Virus record (IMG/VR): IMGVR_UViG_3300044996_000468
Span: 58,627-78,626 of that record
DNA from: an uncultured virus (IMG/VR IMGVR_UViG_3300044996_000468)
Taxonomy: Duplodnaviria > Heunggongvirae > Uroviricota > Caudoviricetes
Reading direction: 5' to 3' (one strand)
Length of the DNA: 20,000 nucleotides
Made by a program: the position numbers and the translations under genes. The notes under the pieces are model-generated. The model worked only from the letters and a program-made list of their open reading frames with translations. It was not told the DNA's origin and searched no databases. Positions 6,815-17,129 of this stretch are shown here, piece after piece (positions within the stretch are counted from its first letter, which is position 1; each line of letters opens with the position of its first letter).

Positions 6815-8816
6815 GTTGTACGAATTCGCCCAGCGCAACCGATTAGCAGACCCCGGCTTTCAGAATCGATTCGTCCATTACGAGATCGTCCTCGACGAGA
6901 ACGGTCGATTGATCTCAGGACATCGGATCGACGCAGAAATGCGCGCCCCCATGATGCCGAACAGGGCTGGTACCATCGTCCGTCCACAAGCTTGCATCGA
7001 ATCGGTGCAGTACATCCTTGGGCACGTCCTCGCAAAGCCGGGGGAGGACCCGCACAAGAAGCAAGAGCGTGCAGTGATTCTCTTCCGGGGACACTACGCG
7101 CACGTACACCGTATGGCGGAGGAAACCGGCGATCCCTACGCTCGGGCGTTGGCCAACTTCGTACGAGACGTCGACAATGGTGTCTATGGTCCGCCTCAAC
7201 AGGCCGCCGAACGCTGTTTGGGATGGACATCTGTCGACGAACCGCTTACCGGCAGTGAGTGGTGTGTCTTCGCCGTCAAGGAACCGGATCAGCCGAAGTA
7301 CTACATCCACGATCGGCCGGCGGTCTCACAGTGGCTTCGCGCGAACCGGCCCACTGCCGACAGCGACGTTGTTATCACATGCGCTGTGACAGGTCGCCAA
7401 GACAAACTCTGTATGACGTGGAACAAGGTCAAAGGCATTCCTGGTACGCAAGGGTCAACTCTCGTTTCGTACAACCATGCCCCGTGGACTTCCTACGGCT
7501 TCGACCAAGGGGAAAACTCCCATACGGGACGGGACACTGCAGAGGCCATTGTCGAAGGGCTCAACTATCTTCTTCGACCGGTGGAAGTCCCTTACACGCG
7601 GCGGAACTCGAAGACCGAGGAGATCGAGACGCGTGTGCGGATCAAACCGTACGGCGGCGTCTACCCCTTTAGCTTCGGTGCGCCGCAAAAAGGAGCCACA
7701 GTATTCGTTTGTTGGACGGCGGAGAAGGACGTCGAGCTGACGGTTCGTGGCGGTCTCACAGCTCTGTTCTCTGGCGGCGGCGAGGTCGAGACGTTACTCG
7801 ATATCGAACACGCGAGTGAGTCGGCCGTCGAAAAGCTACTTCGGACCGAGACGAACGATCCGCAGATCATCCACGATCTGCTCGCAGTGCATCGCACAGG
7901 TCGTGCGATGCCACAGTTCAACGAGGGCGCTTTTCACGCGTTGTTGCTCTCGGATAATCAACGCGTCGTGCCGCGCAGCACGCTGATCGGTACGATCGGT
8001 GAGCTGCGCGCCAAGATTCAAAAGTACGTCGACGACATGCGGCTGCCGACGGTCAACCGTGTTCCGCCCCTAACCAAGATCTTTGAAGCGCTTCGCGCAC
8101 GTGATCGAGAGCAGTTCACAGCAAGGACCACCGACAACATGCTGCGCTGCGTACTCGAAGGCGCCCCCGTGCCAGCTGAACTCGCAGCCGCCGCGCTCAA
8201 GCGATGCAACACCTATCCTTCCAATAAGGATGCGAGGAAACGGTGGAAGCGCCTGCTTCCGATTCGGATCAGCATCCTGAAACTCGATCTCGTCAGGAAA
8301 GGACTTGAACCACACGTGCAGAAAAATCCGTTCGACAACCTCGAAGAGACACACATCGCGAACGTACTCGGTTACGTCATGGCCGAGTGTAATCGCGTCC
8401 AACGCTGGGCCCTTGGCCCAGTGCAGCGTTCCAGCCTGTCACGCACGGACATCGTCCAGGCGCCACACAACGTACTCGCGGCGATTCTGACGAAGTACGA
8501 GAAGCACACCTCCAGTGCCAAGATCAGGAAACAATCCGGTCCGTCCAAGGAACGAATGGGACGTCTGATGACGCGACTCGGCGACGAGATGCTACCGGTA
8601 CGACTCGGTGCCGAAGAGCAGACTCGATTCTGGATTGGCTACTACACCTACGAGAGGTGGATGAAGGAGCACTTGGCGGCGAAGGCGGCGGCGAAGGCAG
8701 CTGCTCAGGCCGCTCAGGCCGCTCAGGCCGCTCAGGCTGCTCAGGCCGCTCAGGCCGACGAGGACACGGACACCGATGAAGACGTAGACGTAGACACCGA
8801 CGACATGTCCCAGTAA
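6804..8816 (+). CDS. cas8c: Type I-C large subunit Cas8c (Csd1) with an Ala/Gln repeat and acidic C-terminal tail
   Basis: Start set at ATG 6804 (MFRELYEFA), which overlaps the cas5c end. Motifs CAVTG, KVKGIPG...LVSYN...SYGFDQGEN...LNYLL, and a Cas11-like C-terminus LGYVMA...EEQTRFWIGYY. Confidence 0.92.
   Translation: MFRELYEFAQRNRLADPGFQNRFVHYEIVLDENGRLISGHRIDAEMRAPMMPNRAGTIVRPQACIESVQYILGHVLAKPGEDPHKKQERAVILFRGHYAHVHRMAEETGDPYARALANFVRDVDNGVYGPPQQAAERCLGWTSVDEPLTGSEWCVFAVKEPDQPKYYIHDRPAVSQWLRANRPTADSDVVITCAVTGRQDKLCMTWNKVKGIPGTQGSTLVSYNHAPWTSYGFDQGENSHTGRDTAEAIVEGLNYLLRPVEVPYTRRNSKTEEIETRVRIKPYGGVYPFSFGAPQKGATVFVCWTAEKDVELTVRGGLTALFSGGGEVETLLDIEHASESAVEKLLRTETNDPQIIHDLLAVHRTGRAMPQFNEGAFHALLLSDNQRVVPRSTLIGTIGELRAKIQKYVDDMRLPTVNRVPPLTKIFEALRARDREQFTARTTDNMLRCVLEGAPVPAELAAAALKRCNTYPSNKDARKRWKRLLPIRISILKLDLVRKGLEPHVQKNPFDNLEETHIANVLGYVMAECNRVQRWALGPVQRSSLSRTDIVQAPHNVLAAILTKYEKHTSSAKIRKQSGPSKERMGRLMTRLGDEMLPVRLGAEEQTRFWIGYYTYERWMKEHLAAKAAAKAAAQAAQAAQAAQAAQAAQADEDTDTDEDVDVDTDDMSQ
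8316..8816 (+). CDS. cas11: Putative internally translated Cas11c
   Basis: In-frame GTG at 8316 follows AGGAAAGGA (8295-8303) and lies just before the LG(R/Y)xxA helix, where I-C Cas11 normally starts. Confidence 0.5.
   Translation: MQKNPFDNLEETHIANVLGYVMAECNRVQRWALGPVQRSSLSRTDIVQAPHNVLAAILTKYEKHTSSAKIRKQSGPSKERMGRLMTRLGDEMLPVRLGAEEQTRFWIGYYTYERWMKEHLAAKAAAKAAAQAAQAAQAAQAAQAAQADEDTDTDEDVDVDTDDMSQ
8703..8756 (+). repeat. 6 x 9-bp tandem repeat (GCTCAGGCY) encoding (AQA)n in the cas8c tail
   Basis: Read directly from the sequence. Confidence 0.95.
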
Positions 8817-8900
8817 CTCACAAACGTCGACGACGATGTCGTCGTCGTAGATACAAATACGCACGCAACACAGAGCAGTAGAGAGAAGGGAAAGAGACCA

Positions 8901-10082
<1,182 letters not shown>

Positions 10083-10261
10083 CAACGAGCGCCTTGGTGC
10101 GAGGCGAGTTACCAGAACCGCTCGCATGATCTAACACCGCGCAAGTCCTGACGTAACACGGTTCTCTGATAACCGAATAGCAGCACAAAAGAAGCGTTTA
10201 TGGGCGTCGCTCGCTAGGCATCACCTAACGAACAGCGCCAGTTGTCTTTTCAGAAAGTGTT
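10083..10261 (+). promoter_or_regulatory. Putative CRISPR leader
   Basis: About 180 bp, non-coding and lower in GC, between the cas7 stop and the first repeat. The GAAAC 3' end of the repeats implies + strand transcription. Confidence 0.7.
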
Positions 10262-13200
10262 GTCGTGATCGAGATCGATCACGGCGTGGGTAGAAACTTG
10301 AGGTTGGGCCTCATCCACAGGCACCGCGGTCGGGGGTCGTGATCGAGATCGATCACGGCGTGGGTAGAAACAACGATCGCTACTTCGATGGCCGAACCGT
10401 CGGCGTGTTTCCTCGCGCTTGATACGTGATCGCGTCGCGATCGACAACGATCACGACGCGGATAGAAACACGCGCAACCTCCGCGTGATGCCGTCCGGCT
10501 CCCTGGGTCGCGATCGACAACGATCACGACGCGGATAGAAACGCGGCGCCCTGGACGACCTTCACCGTACGGATGACGCGGGTCGCGATCGACAACGATC
10601 ACGACCGTGGATAGAAACCTCGCAGACGCCGAGTACACATACGCGTCGTGCGCGGTCGCGATCAATCAATCTAAATCGCGACGTGGATAGAAACACCGCG
10701 GGTGGTAGCGACGGCGACGGTCCAGCACCGGTCGCGATCGATTCAGATCGCGGCGCGGATAGAAACACGCTGGACGACGGGCCTACGACGACAAGGGCAA
10801 TCATGGGTAGAAACCAGATTTCAACCACCTTGCGTGCGACAACCTGCGTCGGCAGTCGTGATCGATCAGGATCGCGACGTGGATAGAAACAACTGCAGGG
10901 AGTTGCCGTCGGGCAATTTGGTCGATCAGGATCGCGATGTGGGTAGAAACACCACGCGCGCCGCCAGCCAGCGCTCGATTTCCGCGCGGTCGTGATCGAT
11001 CAGGATCGCGACGTGGGTAGAAACTGTTCGGCGACCGCATGTGCGACGGCCTCGGGTGGTAGTCGTGATCGATCAGGATCGCGACGTGGGTAGAAACGTC
11101 GACGACGTGGCCCGGCGCGTGATCCCCGTCGACGTCGCGATCGACCAAGATTGCGACGTGGGGTCGATCACCAGCCCCGTAATCAACCGCGATCACGGTG
11201 TGGATAGAAACGTGAGCGGCGAAAAGCCGCTACTGAAGGAAGGCGTCGTGGGTCGCGCCGCGGATAAAAACAGTTCGAGTGGTGTCGTTGGTGGTGTAGC
11301 GTGCTGGGTGTCGTCGTGATCGATCGAGATCACGCCGTGGATAGAAACCTGTGCGGTCGCGCTCGCCCTACGCGAGCCCCAAGGTTGCGCAGGTACGTGT
11401 AAGTCGTGATTCGATCAGGATCGCGACGTGGGTAGAAATTACGTCGACGCAGAGACCCGCAAGCTGGTGCGCAGCGCCGTCGTGATCGATCGCGATCATG
11501 ACTCCGCTCGCGCCGAGGTTAAACCAGTACGCGACCCAGATCTCGTTGCCAACGACCGTCGTGAATCGATCAGGATCGCGACGTGGATAAAAACGCCGTG
11601 TACGGCGTCTCGCCGATCCACTCCCACGTCGTCGTGATCGATCGCGATCGCAGACGAGGATAGAAACAGCGACGGGTAGTTGATCGAACCGACGGCGCCG
11701 CTCAGTCGCGATCGATCGCGGCGCGGCGCGGCGTGGATAGAAACAAGCGGGTCCGGCTCGCGCTGCACGTGTGGATGGAGGTCGTGATCGGCGGCGGTCA
11801 CGGCACGGATAGAAACTCGGCCTCGCTCCCCAGCGACGACTGGTACGCCACCTGTCGCGATCGACAACGATCACGACGCGGATAGAAACACCGGCGACGT
11901 GAAGATGCCGACGCTGAAGAAGCTCCGTCGCGATCGACAACGATCACGACGCGGATAGAAACTGGATGATCTCGTGGCCTTCGTCGGGACGCCACGGTGG
12001 TCGCGATCGACAACGATCACGGCGTGGGTAGAAACGAAAGAAGGGGAGAAGAGTCAGGAAAGCATCCTAACCGTCGCGATCGACAACGATCACGACGCGG
12101 ATAGAAACACACGTACGAGCGCGGTCATGTCCTGCACGAATCGCGATCGACAACGATCACGACGCGGATAGAAACGGCACGGGAGAGCACTTTGAATGGG
12201 AGGGCAAGATCAGTCGCGATCGACGCGCGGGCTCATCAGGTCGTGATCGATCAGGATCGCGATGTGGATAGAAACGGTCGCCGTACCAAGACATCACAGG
12301 CGAGGTCGCGATCGATCTGGATTGCAGCGCGGATAGAAACAGGTTGTACGCCCACCCGGGCGGAATACATTGCTGTAGTCGCGATCGATCGCGACGTGGA
12401 TAGAAACCCGGTCAAACTAGGTCCACCGCACGCCGGGCCGTTGGTCGTGATCGATCTGGATCGCGGCGCGGATAGAAACAAATCCTGAACTGGCGTCACC
12501 TCATTATAGAATACGGCGCGATCGATCTAGATCGCGGCGAGGATAGAAACAGCATGGCTACTTGAGTAGTCGATCTACGCTTATCTCGCGGCGTGGATAA
12601 AAAACGCGATCACCGTTTGGCGAATCACGGAGCACTGCTCATCGTGATCGACTCAGATCACGGCGTGGGTAGAAACAAGGAAATCGTCGCGAGCGATGAA
12701 ACCTCGGGATGTCGTGATCGACTTAGGAATCGTGACGTGGGCAGAAACATCGGCGTGATCGGGACGATCATTGCGAAACTCGTGGCTCTGCATCGCCGGT
12801 GGCGGCGTGTACTTGTCACGATCGATCACAGCGTGGATAGAAACATCTGTACGTACTCGTCAGCGCGAAGCTCCGCGCGGTCGCGATCGACAACGATCAC
12901 GACGCGGATAGAAACGATGCGAGGATATAGCGGAGCCCCGGCACCGAGCGTGTCGTGATCGATCGCGATCACGTGATTGATCAGGATCGCGGCGTGGGTA
13001 GAAACGTCGCGAAGGGCCTCGCGTTCCAGGTGCGTAAGCACGTCGTGATCGATCGCGATCACGGCGAGGATAGAAACAGCGACGGCAAGCTCTACAAGAT
13101 CAGGATCGACGTGGTCGTGATCGATCGCGATCACGGCGAGGATAGAAACCGCTGGACCGAGCGCCGTCGATTTTCAACCGCCCACACGTCGTGATCGACG

Positions 13201-13735
13201 CAGATCACGGCGCGGATAAAAACGGCGCCGTCGCGAACGGAGTCGACTTCTACGGCGAAGGTCGTGATCGTCGTCGTCGTGTTGGATCGCGACGCGGATA
13301 AAAACAAGAACATCCTGTACGGCGAGATCCTGTCCGCAACGTGGATATCATCGGTGGCAGTGTCGTCGTCGAGGAGTTGTCGTGGATCGCGGTGTGGATA
13401 GAAACGCGTCGCGTGGATAGAAACACGAGATCGATCAGGCAGGCGATCTGGATCGTGGCGCGGATAAACGAAAAAAGTGCGTCTTGCCGCGACCGAATGG
13501 GCGGTGACGTCGCGATCGATCTGAATCGCGACGCGGATAGAAACGTCGCGCAGTTCCAACCGGTTGCGCTGAGCGCGATCGCGATCTTGATCAATCGCGA
13601 CGCGATCGTGGATAGAAACCAGAAGTTGAACCGTACTTCGTCGAGATACGTCGCGGCGTGGATAGAAACGCGGCAGTCATCCCGAGGCCGGTCACGACGA
13701 TCGCGATCGATCGAGATCGCGACGTGGATAGAAAC
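10262..13735 (+). CRISPR. Type I-C-like CRISPR array, about 50 highly variable repeat units; consensus GTCGYGATC-N6-GATCRCGRC-GYGGRTAGAAAC (36 nt)
   Basis: Manual count gives about 47 handle-bearing units plus about 3 without a handle. Spacers are mostly 34-40 nt with outliers. Adjacent to cas7c, with GTCG start and GAAAC end as in I-C repeats. Confidence 0.95.
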
Positions 13736-13791
13736 CTCACCAGCTGCCTTCGTGATGCGGGAGTCGTATCAAGATCTATCGGTTGCAATTA

Positions 13792-14127
13792 TCAACGACG
13801 AATGAGGCGCGGGTCTTCGACGAAACTCTCGACGGCGCGGGGGACGAAGCGAACACGACCAAACGCGTAGCCAAGACCAAGCAGCGCGAGCGCACCCGCG
13901 GCGAGCAGTAAGACCGTCGGCGGCTCGAAGAGACCGACCGGCGAGCACTGGAAGTTCTTGAGTGCCGGATCGAACTTGCAGCGGACGGTAACGTTGTCTG
14001 GGATCACAGGCATCACGATCTTTGGGTCGGTGATGACGTTGGGCGTCGCGGCCGGCGTCGTCGCGTCCTGTCCCAGACCGAAGATGTTCGGACGATCGGT
14101 CGTAGATTGAAATTGCACCGCGAGCAT
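13792..14127 (-). CDS. Small protein with C-terminal transmembrane helix and basic tail
   Basis: MLAV...FGLGQ N-terminus, a Cys pair, and hydrophobic VLLLAAGALALLGLGYAFG followed by Arg residues. Confidence 0.7.
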   Translation of the reverse strand: MLAVQFQSTTDRPNIFGLGQDATTPAATPNVITDPKIVMPVIPDNVTVRCKFDPALKNFQCSPVGLFEPPTVLLLAAGALALLGLGYAFGRVRFVPRAVESFVEDPRLIRR

Positions 14128-14211
14128 GCCGGCATTGTACGCGATCGCGCCCGCGATCGATGAACAGTGTAGGGACTACCCTGGGGATTGAAACGGCTCT
14201 AGCCTTGTTGG

Positions 14212-14577
14212 ATGTCAGGTAGCAGGCCGATCTTCGTGTTTGGCAGCAACCTCGCCGGTCGCCATGGGACTGGTGCCGCGCTCGAAGCGCGACAAAAACA
14301 CGGGGCGGTGTATGGCTGCGGCGAAGGACTTTCTGGTTACTCGTACGGGATTCCAACGAAGGATCGGGACCTTAAGTCGCGGACGCTCGACGAGATTCGT
14401 GCTTCTGTCGAGACGTTCCTGGCGTTCGCGCGTGATACGCCCGAAACCACCTACGAGGTCACGCGCGTGGGCTGCGGCCTCGCCGGCTATAAGGACCACC
14501 AGATCGGGCCCATGTTCGCCGAGGCACCGGCCAACTGCATCCTGCCGCTCAACTGGGAGCAGTACAGGCGCACTTGA
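14212..14577 (+). CDS. Conserved phage protein (IFVFGSN...GRHG.GAA family, A1S_2505-like)
   Basis: IFVFGSNLAGRHGTGAA, YG.GEG..G.SYGIPTK, VTRVGCGLAGY and MF...P.NC.LP..W. Confidence 0.8.
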   Translation: MSGSRPIFVFGSNLAGRHGTGAALEARQKHGAVYGCGEGLSGYSYGIPTKDRDLKSRTLDEIRASVETFLAFARDTPETTYEVTRVGCGLAGYKDHQIGPMFAEAPANCILPLNWEQYRRT

Positions 14578-14614
14578 GCTTCGTCAGCCGACGCGGTAGA
14601 AAAGCGAGACCAAC

Positions 14615-14986
14615 ATGGGCAAAGATCTTTTTGGAATCGGTGACAAGCCTGGCGCGAACGATGACGACGGCGACGAGATGGAGCATCCGGGCTACGTCAT
14701 CATGCAGCTCATCCCGGCCGAGGGCTGGCGAGCTGTATTCGAGGACACTTCTGGCCAGCCGTCTCGTATCCTCGGCGTGGCGTGTTTCGCGCTCATCGAA
14801 GTCCTGGGACAGAACCTACCCCCCGACATGCCGCCGCTTCGTGTGCCGCGCCCGATGATCGTCGACGAAACAGGACAAATCGAAGACGTCGAGGCCTTCG
14901 ACGACTTCGTTTGTATGGTCCCGCCGGGTGGCGACGTCGGCCTCGCGCTGGCGGGCCTGGCGCAGATCGAGAAGGCCGGTCGGTAG
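14615..14986 (+). CDS. Acidic hypothetical protein
   Basis: 123-aa ORF with GC3-rich codons, abutting the next gene. Contains IMQLIPAEGWRAVF. Confidence 0.7.
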   Translation: MGKDLFGIGDKPGANDDDGDEMEHPGYVIMQLIPAEGWRAVFEDTSGQPSRILGVACFALIEVLGQNLPPDMPPLRVPRPMIVDETGQIEDVEAFDDFVCMVPPGGDVGLALAGLAQIEKAGR

Positions 14987-15841
14987 ATGTCGCTCCGATC
15001 GCGACCTCCGGTGGATAATCGGACGCCGGTCATGAAGCGCGAGGAGGAGATCTCCCTGGAGAAGCTCTCCCTCGGGTGGCCATGGGTCGACGCACGTAAC
15101 GCCGCCGCGCTCTCATGTGAGTTGATTCGATGGGTGATGCCTGCGCCGATGTGGGTTCCTGCTGATGATCCGCGCGTCGACGTCGTCAACCAACACCTCC
15201 GTGCGGAGGTATCCGAAAACGGTCCGTACCGGACGCCCGGCGACCAGAAGATCAACATCGATCCGCCCGAGGTCACCGAAGCACGCTTCGAAGTCGCGAA
15301 CATCCTCGCGTACCTGTCGCGCTACGTTGCCGGCGAACCGATCGTCATCCCCAAGGACTTCGGCGAGCCTGACGATCCGCCGATGAAGAAGCTCTACTGG
15401 TACGCGACAGAGATCGGCAAGCGCGCGGCGAAACACGGCCAGATCGCCGGTGAGACTGTGGCACGGCTCGGACTCGCACCGCCGAGCAAGACGTGGCTCG
15501 GTGGATCGACGCCCTGGTATCACACCGGTCATGCTGCCGAAGAAGCGTGCGAGTTTCTGCGTAAGCACGCCTCGGCGAGCCAGACGGTTGGCATGATCGA
15601 CGGTGCCGGCGGTGCGGTCCTACATCGTCTGAGCTGGCACCTCGCGTTTACGGGCAAGCCATCTGAAGAGATCACGGGGCGTATCTTCCACTGGCGTGTT
15701 CGCGATGCACTGCGCGGTAGACAGCTCAACCCGACGATGGAAGCGAACTTGCGGCCCGCGTTCGAGGCGGCGTGGATGTCGGGAAATTTCGATTTCGCGT
15801 ACTCGCTCCTGACCGACATCGAGCAGTTCGCAGAGCGATAA
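14987..15841 (+). CDS. Hypothetical protein
   Basis: 284-aa ORF directly after the upstream stop, with GC3-rich codons. The start may be a later Met. Confidence 0.7.
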   Translation: MSLRSRPPVDNRTPVMKREEEISLEKLSLGWPWVDARNAAALSCELIRWVMPAPMWVPADDPRVDVVNQHLRAEVSENGPYRTPGDQKINIDPPEVTEARFEVANILAYLSRYVAGEPIVIPKDFGEPDDPPMKKLYWYATEIGKRAAKHGQIAGETVARLGLAPPSKTWLGGSTPWYHTGHAAEEACEFLRKHASASQTVGMIDGAGGAVLHRLSWHLAFTGKPSEEITGRIFHWRVRDALRGRQLNPTMEANLRPAFEAAWMSGNFDFAYSLLTDIEQFAER

Positions 15842-15842
15842 G

Positions 15843-16184
15843 ATGCGACGGTGTCGTGCATGTCATCGACGCGGACACGACCGTCGAAACTGTCCACGAC
15901 CGATCTACCCACGAAAGCGCCCCAGAGAACAGCCATACGTTGGGCTCGACGAGTACATCCTCAAGCACCTCGGTCGTGTTCCTGTAACGAGCAGCGTTCT
16001 GCGTGAACGCGTCGCGGATGACTTTGGCTATGTCGGTGAGCGGACGTTTCTCAGGTGCCTCAGGGCCCTGCGTGAAAGCGACCGCTTGACGGCGATCCGA
16101 ATCTTCGACGGGACGGCGTGGTTTCTGTACACACGGAAGGCAACAGGGCGCGAATTGTTAAGCGTCGGCCAGTTGGCAACGTAG
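15843..16184 (+). CDS. CCHC zinc-knuckle plus probable winged-helix protein
   Basis: CRACHRRGHDRRNC is an exact CX2CX4HX4C. It is followed by a wHTH-like segment (ILKHL...GERTFLRCLRALRESDRL). Confidence 0.6.
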   Translation: MRRCRACHRRGHDRRNCPRPIYPRKRPREQPYVGLDEYILKHLGRVPVTSSVLRERVADDFGYVGERTFLRCLRALRESDRLTAIRIFDGTAWFLYTRKATGRELLSVGQLAT

Positions 16185-16227
16185 ATCGCGCGAGCGATCG
16201 ACGTTGTGGTAGCCTCGAAGCAACCAC

Positions 16228-16839
16228 ATGCTCGCCGTCACCTACTCGGGTTCTGGATTTGGTCAAGCCGGCTGCCCTGCCGGTCAGCACTCGTTCACGT
16301 TCCCGTGGGGCGTGAACACGTGTGTTGCCGACGACGCCGCACCGCCCGATACGAGCGCGATCTCTGCGGATTCGACGCCAACGTGTGCGGCGGGTCAGCA
16401 TCTCTTCACGTTCCCGTGGGGCGTGAGCACGTGCGTGTCGGACGACGCACCAGCCATCAACGTCAACGCAACGTCGCCCGATCAGACACCACAGTGTCCG
16501 GCGGGTCAGCACCTTTTCACGTTCCCGTGGGGCGTGAGCACGTGCGTGTCGGACGACGCACCAGCCATCAACGTCAACGCAACGTCGCCCGATCAGACAC
16601 CACAGTGTCCGGCGGGTCAGCACCTTTTCACGTTACCGTCGATCGGGCTGCTGCCTCCGGTGATGCAGTGCCAGCCGGATGTCGTACCCTCATCGAGGAA
16701 GTTCTTCGACGTGAAGAACCCGATCATGTGGGCGACGTTCGCGGGTGGTGCGGCCGTCGTCGGCCTCGGTATCTACGCGTTCAGATCACCCAAGCCGACC
16801 ACGGTTGCAGGTCGCCGTCGTCGCCCACGTCGCCGCTGA
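16228..16839 (+). CDS. Membrane-anchored protein with about 3.3 copies of a 37-aa Cys-containing repeat
   Basis: CPAGQHLFTFPWGVSTCVSDD... repeats, then a C-terminal TM segment (IMWATFAGGAAVVGLGIYAF) and an Arg-rich tail. Confidence 0.8.
   Translation: MLAVTYSGSGFGQAGCPAGQHSFTFPWGVNTCVADDAAPPDTSAISADSTPTCAAGQHLFTFPWGVSTCVSDDAPAINVNATSPDQTPQCPAGQHLFTFPWGVSTCVSDDAPAINVNATSPDQTPQCPAGQHLFTLPSIGLLPPVMQCQPDVVPSSRKFFDVKNPIMWATFAGGAAVVGLGIYAFRSPKPTTVAGRRRRPRRR
16273..16632 (+). repeat. 111-bp intragenic tandem repeat
   Basis: GCGGGTCAGCA recurs at 16390, 16501 and 16612. Units 2 and 3 are nearly identical. Confidence 0.9.
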
Positions 16840-16856
16840 CGTCGTATACTGCGTAG

Positions 16857-17129
16857 ATGCGCGACGACGATACGGGGTTGAAGGAAACGCTCCAGCGGAT
16901 CGCGAAGAGCGGCGTGTTCCCGGGGCAGTACTACCGTCACAACGAGACTCGTGTGATCTACAGGGTGCTGGTAGTCAGCGTGAACGAAGCGGATCTTGAA
17001 CCGTACGTGCAGTATCAACAGTTCGACGATCCCTACGCGATGTCGTGGAGCCGACATCTCGACGTCTTCTGCGGGCAGGTGTTGCGCGGCGAGGTCTTGT
17101 CTCCGCGTTTCTCATTGGTCGAGCTGTGA
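16857..17129 (+). CDS. DUF1653-like protein
   Basis: PGQYYRH...YRVL......E..V.YQ......WSR....F......PRF pattern. Confidence 0.75.
   Translation: MRDDDTGLKETLQRIAKSGVFPGQYYRHNETRVIYRVLVVSVNEADLEPYVQYQQFDDPYAMSWSRHLDVFCGQVLRGEVLSPRFSLVEL

Noticed and set aside
8828..8847. Hairpin CGACGACG-ATGT-CGTCGTCG between cas8c and cas7c as a terminator
   Set aside because: There is no U-tract, and GAC/GTC-rich sequence forms such hairpins easily. It could be a stability element, but nothing supports that.
10298..13699. Self-targeting spacers within this window
   Set aside because: I noticed no match by eye, but I could not search exhaustively. A BLASTN-short of the spacers against the window and genome is needed.
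13782..13800. GTTGCAATTATCAACGACG as a terminal degenerate repeat
   Set aside because: It only weakly resembles the repeat 5' half and overlaps the stop of the 13792 gene, so it was left out of the array bounds.
10250..13870. Numerous ORFs on both strands across the array (recurring VIDRDHD / DRN / VSIRVVIVVDRD peptides)
   Set aside because: They are translations of the CRISPR repeats, which lack stops in some frames. They are not credible proteins.
14589..14603. CGACGCGGTAGAAAA, resembling the repeat 3' handle, upstream of the 14615 gene
   Set aside because: It has a one-base deletion relative to the handle and no matching GATC stem. It is too short to distinguish from chance.
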